DNA from: an uncultured Acidobacterium sp.
GTDB lineage: Bacteria > Acidobacteriota > Vicinamibacteria > Vicinamibacterales > UBA2999
Direction of reading: 5' to 3'
Assembly (NCBI GenBank): GCA_964628295.1
Contig: CAZVLS010000003.1
Location: 187,972-251,971, forward strand
DNA length: 64,000 bases
Every line of letters begins with the position of its first letter. Positions within the stretch are counted from its first letter, which is position 1. Under the pieces are notes generated by a model. That model was not told the DNA's origin. It made no database searches and saw only the letters and a list, made by a program, of their open reading frames with translations. Of this stretch, positions 1 through 7,975 are shown one piece after another. The translations under genes and the position numbers were made by a program.

Positions 1-341
1 AGCTGCGTGAAGGCGGTCCGGAAGCAGAGGAGCTGAGCGACGCCAAGCAGTACTCGCGCGGCCTGTTCGTGCTGCAGAACGCGTCGCAGTCGGGCCTGGC
101 GATGACGCTGAATACGATGACGACGTTCAATCTGCCGAAGGACTATCCCGAGACGTTCCAGCGCCAGATCTCGCAGCCGTCCGGTGAGGCCATCAAGACC
201 GGCGCGCAAATGCTGCTCGGGTCGATGGACTCGGTGGTGACGATCGTTGGCGATTACACGAAAGTGAAGGATCAGCTGACCGGGTTTGCGAACATCAAGT
301 TCTTCGACCTGACGGGAAAGCCCATTCCTGAGCCGAAGTGA
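1..341 (+). CDS. 3' end of an M16 (insulinase/pitrilysin)-like peptidase gene, truncated by the window edge
   Basis: Frame 3 is open from the window edge to TGA 339-341. The tail ...LREGGPEAEELSDAKQYSRGLFVLQNASQSGLAMTLNTMTTFNLPKDYPETFQRQI... resembles the C-terminal end of M16 peptidases. Family call is from motif pattern only. Confidence 0.5.
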   Translation, partial: LREGGPEAEELSDAKQYSRGLFVLQNASQSGLAMTLNTMTTFNLPKDYPETFQRQISQPSGEAIKTGAQMLLGSMDSVVTIVGDYTKVKDQLTGFANIKFFDLTGKPIPEPK

Positions 342-422
342 GAGGTGAGAGGTGAGAAGTGAGAGGTGAGAGGTGAGAAGTACTTCTCACTTCTCACTTC
401 TCACTTCTCACTTCTCACTTCC
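338..422. repeat. Inverted heptamer arrays (GTGAGAR)x6 / (CTTCTCA)x5 forming a ~40-bp hairpin between convergent genes
   Basis: Units at 338-379 and 383-417. Positions 342-380 pair with 383-421 with no mismatches and four G.U pairs. The stop codons of both flanking genes (339-341 and 415-417) lie inside units. Confidence 0.9.
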
Positions 423-1836
423 CGATTCGGTATAGCTTCGTCTGCGTTCGCAGGAAGATTGCATCCGGCGCGAGCGCAGGCGAGGCAAGACTCATCTCGT
501 CGAGGCTGTTTCGTGCCAGCTCCACGTACTTGTCGCCGGCTTCGATCACGAACGTGAAGCCGTCCTCGCTCAGCAGATAGATCTTGCGGTCCGCAGCCCA
601 CGGCGACGCCGAGAAGGTGTTGCCGGGCCCGCCGGCGCGTGCCTTGTAGATCTCGGTGCCGGTCTGCGAGTCGAACACGGTGAGAATGCCGTTGTCGTTC
701 ACGACGTACATCCGTCCGCGATACACGAGCGGAGACGAGGTGTAGGCGGAAGCGCGCGGATGGAACCACTTCACGTGCGCGTTGCTCTCCTCGCCCTTGG
801 CAAGCGAGATGTCACCGGTTGCGCCTGGCCGAACCGCAAACACCGGGCGGTTGCTCTCGCCCTGCGATCCGGTCGCGAGGTACAGCAGCCCGTCGGCCGC
901 AACAGGACTCGGTGTCGACTGTCCCGTGAGTCCGCGCATCCGCCACAGCTCCTTGCCGCTGTCCGGCGAATACGAGATCGCGTGCTGGCGGCCAATGACG
1001 ATCACTTCTGTGCGTTGCGTGTTCTTCCAGACAAACGGCGACGACCAGCCTGAACCCTGCGGCGCCTGGAGGTCGCGCTCGGTTCTCCACAGCTGCCTCC
1101 CGGTTCGCGCATCGACAGCTGCGACAAACGATTTCCCCTCGTTGTCGTGCACGACGAAGACGCGGCCGTCGAGGACGACCGGCGAGGCGGCCGTGCCGAA
1201 ATCGAGATACATCGGCTGCGGGTCGAAGCGCGACGTCCACAGCAGTGTGCCGTCAAGCGCATACGCGAACAATCCGACGTTGCCGAAGTACGCATAGACG
1301 CGCTCACCATCGGTCGCCGGTGTTTCAGAAGCGAACGTGTTCTTGCGATGCCGGCCGCCAAACGGCGCGCCCTTGTGCGCCTCGCGTTCCCATTTCAGCT
1401 TCCCGCTGTTGGCATCGAACGCGAACACCATGTAGCGGATCTCACCGCTCTCGGCGGTCAGTTCGATGTCGCGCGCGATCACCCGCTTGTTGACCTCGTC
1501 ATCTGGAAGGCCCTGCTTCATCAGCTCGGCGACGTAGTCGTTGCCGAAGATGCCGGTTGATGGCGCCTTGAACGCCCCCGGACTGATCGCCGAGGTGACG
1601 AACACCGTGTCGTTCCAGGCGATCGGTGACGACCACCCGCGGCCCTTCACCTTGATGCTCCACTTGACGTTGTCGTTGGCCGACCATGACGTCGGCAGCT
1701 TGCCGTCGTCGAGAATTCCGGCGCCGGAAGGGCCACGGAACTGTGGCCAGGCCACCGAGGGCTCGGAGGCCAGAGCGACAGCCACAGAAAGCACAGACAA
1801 CACAGAGGAATACATGGCGAGCGTCCGACGATTCAT
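415..1836 (-). CDS. Secreted PQQ-like beta-propeller repeat protein
   Basis: 473-aa ORF with ATG at 1836-1834 and a signal-peptide-like N-terminus (SVLSVLSVAVALASE). It has repeated W/G-rich propeller blades (WPQFRGPSGAG..., LWRTERD..., ELWRMRG...). Confidence 0.7.
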   Translation of the reverse strand: MNRRTLAMYSSVLSVLSVAVALASEPSVAWPQFRGPSGAGILDDGKLPTSWSANDNVKWSIKVKGRGWSSPIAWNDTVFVTSAISPGAFKAPSTGIFGNDYVAELMKQGLPDDEVNKRVIARDIELTAESGEIRYMVFAFDANSGKLKWEREAHKGAPFGGRHRKNTFASETPATDGERVYAYFGNVGLFAYALDGTLLWTSRFDPQPMYLDFGTAASPVVLDGRVFVVHDNEGKSFVAAVDARTGRQLWRTERDLQAPQGSGWSSPFVWKNTQRTEVIVIGRQHAISYSPDSGKELWRMRGLTGQSTPSPVAADGLLYLATGSQGESNRPVFAVRPGATGDISLAKGEESNAHVKWFHPRASAYTSSPLVYRGRMYVVNDNGILTVFDSQTGTEIYKARAGGPGNTFSASPWAADRKIYLLSEDGFTFVIEAGDKYVELARNSLDEMSLASPALAPDAIFLRTQTKLYRIGK

Positions 1837-1958
1837 TTCCGCAAGCTAGCACACAAGTCTCGACCGGTTTGGATGTTGTGACGGCTTGTCCCGTTCGCCC
1901 GCTAGCCTGCCTGCCCGCTGGCCCGCCAGCCCGCCAGCCCTGTAGAATCATCACGATC

Positions 1959-3098
1959 ATGGCCACCACAGACAAACCCAAGGGCGGTCTCGAAGACGTC
2001 GTCGCCACCTCGTCGCGCATCTGTTTCCTCGATGGCGATCGCGGCGTGCTCGCCTACTGCGGCCACGACATTCACGAGCTGGCGCGCAACGCGACGTTCG
2101 AGGAGACGTGCTACCTGCTGTGGCATGCGCGGCTGCCGAATCGCGCCGAGCTTGGCGATCTGCAGACGCAACTGGCGGCGGCACGGCCGCTGCCGGAGCC
2201 GATCCTGCGCCTGATGAAGATGCTGCCGCCCTCGGACGGCATGGACGCGCTGCGCACGCTCACCTCCGCGCTCGGTCATTACGATCAGGACGCGCACGAC
2301 AATTCGCTGCAGGCGTCGTATCGCAAGGCCGTCCGGCTCACCGGACAAATCGCCAGCATCGTCGCGACCTGGGGGCGCATGCAGCAGGGGCTTGGCCCGA
2401 TCGCGCCGGATCCGGCCATGGGACATGCCGCAAATTTTCTGTACATGCTGTTCGGCCGGCGTCCGACGCCGACGGAGATTCGCGCGATGGACATCGCGCT
2501 GACGCTGCACGCCGATCACGAGCTCAACGCGTCGACGTTTGCCGCGCGTGTGGCCGCCGCCACGCTGACCGACATTCATTCCGCGATCGTCGCCGGGATC
2601 GGCACGCTCAAGGGGCCGCTGCACGGCGGCGCCAATGCCGAAGTGATGAAGATGCTGATCGAGATCGGTCTCGATGCGCCGGCGGATCGCATCGATGCCT
2701 ACGTGAAAGACAAGTTTGCGAAGAAGGCCAAGATCTCCGGCTTCGGACATCGCGTCTACAACACCGAGGACCCGCGGGCGACCCACTTGCGCCGGATGTC
2801 GAAGGAGCTTGGCCAGAAGGCGGGCAACACCAAGTGGTTCGAAATGAGCGAGCGCATCGAGGGGCTCGTCAAGGCCGAGAAGAAGCTCTTCCCGAACGTC
2901 GACTTCTACTCGGCGTCCACGTATTACACGATGGGCATTGCCATCGACCTGTACACGCCGATTTTCGCGGTCAGCCGGATCAGCGGCTGGACGGCCCATG
3001 TTCTCGAACAATTGGCCAATAATCGCCTGATTCGGCCGCGTGCCGACTACACCGGCCCCGCCTACCCGCAGGCGTGGCTGCCGCTTGATCAGCGGTAA
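1959..3098 (+). CDS. gltA: Citrate synthase (small, ~380 aa type)
   Basis: ATG at 1959 is in frame with the long ORF. MATTDKPKGGLEDVVATSSRICFLDGDRGVLAYCGHDI..., HADHELNASTFAARV, GPLHGGANE-like GPLHGGANAEV and GFGHRVYNTEDPRA are classic citrate synthase motifs. The upstream 91 codons of the ORF are Arg/Pro-rich and unlikely to be coding. Confidence 0.9.
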   Translation: MATTDKPKGGLEDVVATSSRICFLDGDRGVLAYCGHDIHELARNATFEETCYLLWHARLPNRAELGDLQTQLAAARPLPEPILRLMKMLPPSDGMDALRTLTSALGHYDQDAHDNSLQASYRKAVRLTGQIASIVATWGRMQQGLGPIAPDPAMGHAANFLYMLFGRRPTPTEIRAMDIALTLHADHELNASTFAARVAAATLTDIHSAIVAGIGTLKGPLHGGANAEVMKMLIEIGLDAPADRIDAYVKDKFAKKAKISGFGHRVYNTEDPRATHLRRMSKELGQKAGNTKWFEMSERIEGLVKAEKKLFPNVDFYSASTYYTMGIAIDLYTPIFAVSRISGWTAHVLEQLANNRLIRPRADYTGPAYPQAWLPLDQR

Positions 3099-3177
3099 AA
3101 TCGTCAGGCTAGTCTCGGCGCAACACTACGGAACCCGTCGGCGAACTCATCGCGTCTAACAAGCGCAGGAGCGAAAG

Positions 3178-4605
3178 ATGAAGAAGTATCTGGCAGTCGC
3201 GGCCGTCGTTCTCGTGGCCACCGTGGCATGGTCGGGCAGTGCCGTGCAGGCCGAGCAGGCCGCCGCGCCATCCGGCGCGCCGACGTTCACCAAGGACGTC
3301 GCGCCGATTTTCTTTGCGAACTGCACCAGCTGCCATCGGCCCGGCGATATCGCGCCGATGTCGTTGCTCACCTACAAGGACGCGCGTCCGTGGGCGAAGT
3401 CGATCGCCAGCAAGGTCGCCGACGGTAGCATGCCGCCGTGGCACGCTGATCCGAGGTACGGTTCGTTCTCGACCGCGCGCAGCTTGAGCGACGCCCAAAA
3501 ACAGACCATTGCCAGGTGGGTCGCGGCGGGCGCGCCCGAAGGCAAGGCCAGCGATTTGCCGGCGGCGCCTGTCTACACCGATGAATGGAACATCGGCACG
3601 CCTGACGCGGTGCTGTCGATGACGGAGGACTATCCGATTCCGGCCACGGGCGAAATCCCGTACCAGTATCTGGTCGTCCCCGCGAACTTTGCCGAGGACC
3701 GCTTCATCACCGATTGGGAGATTCGTCCTGGTGATCGTCAGGCGGTGCACCACTTACTGCTGTATCTCCTGGCGCCCAAGGAAGTCGCAGAGGCGCAAGC
3801 GAAGCAGCGGCAGCAGGCAATGCTTGGCCGCATGTTCGGTCCAGCGCCTCCCGCCGGCGCTCCTCGCTCAGTCGCGCCATTCGAATTTGCGTGCTGCGTC
3901 CAGATTCCCGACGGCGAAGAAGGCGGCCGTCCGCTGCCGCCAGAGATGCGCAAGGATCCGGGGCCGAACTATCGCGCGCGGCCGGTGGGCATGTCCCAGG
4001 GCATGGGCGGATTCTCACCAGGTGGATCGATTCGCCACTTCCCCGAGGGCATGGGCATGCGCATTCCGAAGGGGTATTCGCTGGTGTTCCAGATGCACTA
4101 CACCACCTACGGCAAGGCCAGCACCGATCGTTCGCGCATCGGCCTGAAGTTCGCCAAGACGGCGCCCAAGACGATCCTCAACACCATGGCGCTGATCAAC
4201 GCGTCGCTGTCGATCCCGCCGGGTGCGACCAATCACCTCGTCGAGAACACGATGACCTTCAATCGCGACACGACGATCTACAGCCTGATTCCGCACACGC
4301 ACGTGCGCGGCACGGGCTGGCACTACGAGGCGACCTACCCGGATGGCCGCAAGGAAGTGATCCTGTCGGTGCCGAAGTACGACTTCAACTGGCAGCACGA
4401 ATACGTCTTCTCGCAGCCGTGGAAGGTGCCGGCCGGGACCAAGCTGCTCGCCAAGGCGTGGTACGACAACTCGGCGAACAACAAGTCGAATCCGGACCCG
4501 ACGAAGACCGTGACCTGGGGCGACCAGACGTGGGAGGAGATGATGTATACCAGCATCACCTATGCGTTCGCTCCCGTCGCTTCGACGTCAGCGCAGCAAC
4601 GATAA
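3178..4605 (+). CDS. Secreted heme c (CxxCH) / PHM-DBM-like two-copper monooxygenase-fold fusion protein, paralog 1
   Basis: AGGAG lies 8 nt upstream of ATG 3178, followed by a signal peptide. Motifs are CTSCH (3322-3336), GSMPPWHADP, VHHLLLY...QMHY (HH..H) and HTHVRG...FNWQ...WEEMM (HxH..M). Confidence 0.8.
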   Translation: MKKYLAVAAVVLVATVAWSGSAVQAEQAAAPSGAPTFTKDVAPIFFANCTSCHRPGDIAPMSLLTYKDARPWAKSIASKVADGSMPPWHADPRYGSFSTARSLSDAQKQTIARWVAAGAPEGKASDLPAAPVYTDEWNIGTPDAVLSMTEDYPIPATGEIPYQYLVVPANFAEDRFITDWEIRPGDRQAVHHLLLYLLAPKEVAEAQAKQRQQAMLGRMFGPAPPAGAPRSVAPFEFACCVQIPDGEEGGRPLPPEMRKDPGPNYRARPVGMSQGMGGFSPGGSIRHFPEGMGMRIPKGYSLVFQMHYTTYGKASTDRSRIGLKFAKTAPKTILNTMALINASLSIPPGATNHLVENTMTFNRDTTIYSLIPHTHVRGTGWHYEATYPDGRKEVILSVPKYDFNWQHEYVFSQPWKVPAGTKLLAKAWYDNSANNKSNPDPTKTVTWGDQTWEEMMYTSITYAFAPVASTSAQQR

Positions 4606-4716
4606 AGGTCACAAGGGGTTATAAGGGTTACAAAGGTTATAAGGGTTACAAGGGTTAACGCCCCTATAATCTTTGTAATTCTCGTAACTCTTGTAACCCT
4701 TGTAACTCTTGTAACC
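4606..4716. repeat. Imperfect long palindrome built from 9-nt units (GGTTAYAAR / YTTGTAACY)
   Basis: Left arm is 4606-4660 and right arm 4661-4716. It is locally AT-rich and sits between the stops of convergent genes (TAA 4603-4605 and 4725-4727). Confidence 0.8.
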
Positions 4717-4724
4717 TGCTTCTG

Positions 4725-5924
4725 CTATTGCGGCCAACCCGTCTGCGGCAATCCCTTGAACACTTTCAACGCCGTCTTGTAATACACGCTCTTCAGGACA
4801 TCGTCCGGCAGCGACATGCCGTACATCTTCCAGGTGGCGTGGTAGTCGCGGTAGTAGTCGAAATATTCGTCGGCAGTCTCGAACACGCGCCAGTAGTAGG
4901 GATATTCATCCGGCTGGAACGAGTCCTTGCCGAACATGATGCGGTCCTTGTACTTCACGAAGAACTCGCGCGCGGCGCGCGGCTGGCGGCCGAGGTCATA
5001 GAGGATCGCGCCGGCTTCAATCGTCACGTTCGGAAACTCGTCGAGCATCTTCGCTGCGCGCGCCAGATCGTTGGCATGCCAGCCAAAGTGCGCGGCAACG
5101 AAGCGCGTCTTCGGATGCTTGCGGAACACGTTGTTGCGCTCCGTCATCAACTGTTCGAACGTTACCTGGCCCGGCTGATTGTTGCGGCGGTCGGGGAACA
5201 GTGACAGTTCCAGCCAGCGCTCGTTCTTGTAATCGATCGGCTGGAAGAACTCCTGCGGCTCGGCGGTGTGGATGAACGCGGGCACATCGAGGCGCGCGAA
5301 TGCCGCCCACAGCGGATCGAGTTCAGGGTCGTCGACCTTCAGCCGCGAGCCATCGGCCTTGGTGGTGCGAAGGCCAAACGACTTCGGGACTTCGCCGACG
5401 CCAATCGCGCCGGCCTTCAAGTCGGCTTCGAGCTGCAGCGCAGCCTTCTGGCCCCAGCCCGGACCGACGTTGCGGAAGTCGATGCCGGCCAGCACGCGGA
5501 AGCGCTCCTTGTGCGGCGACGCGTTGAGCGCCTCCATGGTGCGCGTCAGGCGCTCGCCCGACACGTTCTCGGCGACCAGCATCACGCGCAGGTTCAAGGC
5601 GTCCATGATCCCGACGACGCGGTTGATCTGTTCCGGCGTCGTCAGCGCGCCCGGGTGTCCGTGCACGTCGACGGTCGGGAACTTGGCCTTCGGCACCTTG
5701 TGCTCGGCGGTCACCAGCGTCTTGCGCGGGCGGTAGTCGAGAATGCTCGGCGGCGGTTCCGAAGGCGCCTGGCAATTGCCCGGACGCACTTCCGTCGTTC
5801 CGGGGGGGCATTCCTGGCCGGGATTGATTCGAGTGCCGCCGCGCATGCCTTGCGCCGCGAGCCCGGCGCCGACAGCGGCGCTGAAGATAACGATGAGGGG
5901 CGTTCGTGAAAATCTCATTGCCAA
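4725..5924 (-). CDS. Secreted amidohydrolase-family (TIM-barrel metal-dependent hydrolase) protein
   Basis: 399-aa ORF with a TTG start at 5924 or ATG at 5918. It has a signal peptide and the motifs VDVHGHPG, FIHTAEP and AHFGWHANDL...IMFGKDSF, typical of amidohydrolase_2-like proteins. Confidence 0.7.
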   Translation of the reverse strand: MAMRFSRTPLIVIFSAAVGAGLAAQGMRGGTRINPGQECPPGTTEVRPGNCQAPSEPPPSILDYRPRKTLVTAEHKVPKAKFPTVDVHGHPGALTTPEQINRVVGIMDALNLRVMLVAENVSGERLTRTMEALNASPHKERFRVLAGIDFRNVGPGWGQKAALQLEADLKAGAIGVGEVPKSFGLRTTKADGSRLKVDDPELDPLWAAFARLDVPAFIHTAEPQEFFQPIDYKNERWLELSLFPDRRNNQPGQVTFEQLMTERNNVFRKHPKTRFVAAHFGWHANDLARAAKMLDEFPNVTIEAGAILYDLGRQPRAAREFFVKYKDRIMFGKDSFQPDEYPYYWRVFETADEYFDYYRDYHATWKMYGMSLPDDVLKSVYYKTALKVFKGLPQTGWPQ

Positions 5925-5931
5925 ACATTAT

Positions 5932-5980
5932 GAACGTACGCCGAACGTACGTCGAACGCCGTCGAACGATTACCGAACGG
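5932..5980. repeat. Five direct CGAACG-containing repeats with 10-11 bp spacing
   Basis: GAACG starts at 5932, 5943, 5954, 5964 and 5975. The repeats lie immediately upstream of the amidohydrolase start and overlap the last codons of the CoA-transferase gene. Confidence 0.75.
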
Positions 5981-7160
5981 CTCCCGTGGAGCGGAGCTGT
6001 TCGATCTCGTTGTCGCTATAGCCGGCCCACTGCAGAACGTCGTCGGTATGTTCGCCGAGCAGGGGACCACGGCGGCGAGGGTTCAGGGGCGTCGCCGACA
6101 TCTTGATCGGCGTGCCGAGCGTTCGCAGTGGACCGAGCGTCGGATGCTCAACGTCCACCGTCATCTCGCGCGCCATCGCCTGCGGCGTGGTCAACGCGTC
6201 CTCGTAATCGAGGATCGGTCCGCAGGGCACTCCGGCCTTCTCAAGCTCCGCAATCCAAAACGCCCGCGGCTCAGCGGCCGTGACGGCCTCGATCAACGCG
6301 GCCAATTCGTCGCGATGCGCAACGCGCTGGTGGTCGGCACTGAAACGCGAATCAGCCAGCCATTCGTGGTGGCCGAGCAGCCGGGCCAGCTTCGCGAAAT
6401 TGCGATCGTTGGCGGCGCCGATCGTGATGTAGCCATCCGCACACTTGAAGGCCTGGTAGGGCGCCGTCATGCGATGTGCGGAACCGAGAGGCCCCGGCAC
6501 CTGTCCCGACGAGAAGTAGTCCGTGACTTCCCACACCGACAGTGCCAGCCCGGCGTCGACGAGCGAGGTGTCGATCTGCTGGCCGGCGCCCGTTTGATCG
6601 CGGTGCCGCAAGGCTGCGAGGATGCCGATCAGTGCGAACAGTCCCGCACCAAGATCGGTCAGCGGGATGCCCGCCTTCACCGGCGCTTCGTTGGGCCGGC
6701 CGGTGACGGACATGATGCCGGACAGTCCCTGCGCGATCAGGTCGAAGCCGCCCTTGTTCGCCCACGGCCCCGTCTGGCCGTGGCCCGAGATCGATCCGTA
6801 GATCAGTCGCGGATTGTCGTCGCGCAGCGTGGCGTAGTCGAGGCCGAGGCGAGCCATGACGCCGGGACGGTAGTTTTCGATCAGGATGTCTGCGGAGCGG
6901 GCCAGGCGCTTGAAGACCTCGCGGCCCTTCTCGTCGTTCAAATCGAGGACAATGCCTTGCTTGCCGCGGTTGACCGCGTTGAAGGCGGGGCTGTCGTTGC
7001 CGCGGGCGCCGGCCATGCTGCGAGTCGAGTCACCGGCGGGCGGCTCCACTTTGATGACGCGCGCGCCCATGTCCGCCAATAACATTGCGCAATACGGCCC
7101 GGCCATCACCTGGGTCGCGTCGAGAACAACTATGCCGTCAAGCAACGTCACCTGGGACAT
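5970..7160 (-). CDS. Family III CoA-transferase (CaiB/BaiF type)
   Basis: The internal ATG at 7160 gives MSQVTLLDGIVVLDATQVMAGPYCAMLLADMGARVIKVEPP, the canonical N-terminus of this family. The longer ORF start at 7331 adds a low-complexity extension that overlaps the divergent gene. Confidence 0.8.
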   Translation of the reverse strand: MSQVTLLDGIVVLDATQVMAGPYCAMLLADMGARVIKVEPPAGDSTRSMAGARGNDSPAFNAVNRGKQGIVLDLNDEKGREVFKRLARSADILIENYRPGVMARLGLDYATLRDDNPRLIYGSISGHGQTGPWANKGGFDLIAQGLSGIMSVTGRPNEAPVKAGIPLTDLGAGLFALIGILAALRHRDQTGAGQQIDTSLVDAGLALSVWEVTDYFSSGQVPGPLGSAHRMTAPYQAFKCADGYITIGAANDRNFAKLARLLGHHEWLADSRFSADHQRVAHRDELAALIEAVTAAEPRAFWIAELEKAGVPCGPILDYEDALTTPQAMAREMTVDVEHPTLGPLRTLGTPIKMSATPLNPRRRGPLLGEHTDDVLQWAGYSDNEIEQLRSTGAVR

Positions 7161-7908
7161 CCACAATTCCGTCGCAACCGTCTCGTTGAATCGCCCCGAA
7201 GCGCGCAACGCGCTCACCTGGGACATGTACGACGCGCTGGTCGAAGCCTGCGATAAAGCTGAAGCCAGTCGCGACGTGCGCGTCCTCATCATACGCGGAT
7301 CGGGCGGCGCCTTCGCGGCCGGAACGGACATTCAACAGTTCAAGGATTTCGCCGACGGTCGAGCGGGGATCGAATACGAGCGACGTCTTGATGCGGTGAT
7401 CGATCGCATCGAACGGGTGCAGATCGCGACCGTCGCCGAAGTCGATGGCGTGGCCGCAGGGGGTGGTTGTGCGATCGCCATGGCGTGCGATCTCCGCATT
7501 TGCTCCGACCGCGCGCGCTTCGGCGTGCCGATCTCGCGCACGCTGGGCAACTGCCTGTCGATGGCCAACACGGCGCGCATGGTTGACCTGCTCGGCCCCG
7601 CCCTCACGCGGGACTTGTTGCTGACCGGACGGCTGGTTGATGCAAAGGAAGCGCTCGCGGCGGGACTGGCAACGACGGTGGTGGATGTGGAGAGTCTTCA
7701 GCAGGAAACCGCGAAGGTCGCCGCCGAACTGTCAGCCCGCGCTCGCAGCACGATCGTCGCCACCAAGGCGATGATGATTCGCCTTCGCGATCATCGCCGC
7801 CCACCGGCCGGCATCGCCGACGACATCATCAGCGACTGTTACGGATCAGTAGAGTTCCGGGAAGGCGTCCGCGCGTTTCTCAGCGGGCGGCGCCCGGACT
7901 GGAAGTAG
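7132..7908 (+). CDS. Enoyl-CoA hydratase/isomerase (crotonase) family protein
   Basis: ATG 7132 gives MPSSNVTWDIHNSVATVSLNRPEARNALT..., with IRGSGGAFAAGTDI downstream. The stop TAG 7906-7908 is inside the first GTAGCCA unit. Confidence 0.8.
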   Translation: MPSSNVTWDIHNSVATVSLNRPEARNALTWDMYDALVEACDKAEASRDVRVLIIRGSGGAFAAGTDIQQFKDFADGRAGIEYERRLDAVIDRIERVQIATVAEVDGVAAGGGCAIAMACDLRICSDRARFGVPISRTLGNCLSMANTARMVDLLGPALTRDLLLTGRLVDAKEALAAGLATTVVDVESLQQETAKVAAELSARARSTIVATKAMMIRLRDHRRPPAGIADDIISDCYGSVEFREGVRAFLSGRRPDWK

Positions 7909-7975
7909 CCAGTATCCAGTCGCCGGTAGCCAGAAAAGCTCTTGCTCGCTACTGGCATCTGGCTACTGGCTACTA
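7905..7975. repeat. Inverted heptamer arrays (GTAGCCA-like x4 / GCTACTG-like x4) with a 15-nt loop
   Basis: Units are at 7905-7932 and 7948-7975. Both flanking stop codons (7906-7908 and 7973-7975) are inside units. Confidence 0.85.

Noticed and set aside
338-422. I considered whether the repeat loci could be CRISPR arrays.
   Set aside because: The units are 7 nt and contiguous with no unique spacers. Arrays are paired as inverted arms, and no cas genes are present in the window.
366-557. Small ORFs read through the repeat elements. Examples are 366-557 (...FSLLTSHFSLLTSRF...), the tail of 3891-4658 (...GYKGYKGYKGYKG) and 46633-47298.
   Set aside because: Their peptide periodicity simply mirrors the DNA repeats. 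They overlap the 3' ends of real genes on the other strand.
401-769. Many long ORFs in the supplied track lie antisense to or out of frame with the called genes. Examples are 401-769, 1902-3011, 2108-3022, 6048-7082, 8342-9232, 11222-12067, 15352-16227, 20392-21445 region, 24735-25814, 49528-50631, 54632-55525, 55495-56628, 57353-58903 and 60182-61024.
   Set aside because: Their translations are Arg/Ala/Gly/Pro-rich low-complexity strings typical of shadow frames in high-GC DNA. Each fully overlaps an ORF with clear family motifs.
1900-1948. Direct GCCCGCC-type repeats and a TGTAGAAT extended -10-like box lie upstream of citrate synthase.
   Set aside because: The repeats are short and degenerate. 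The -10 to ATG distance (10 nt) fits neither a clear leaderless nor a clear leadered model, so this is too weak to report as a feature.
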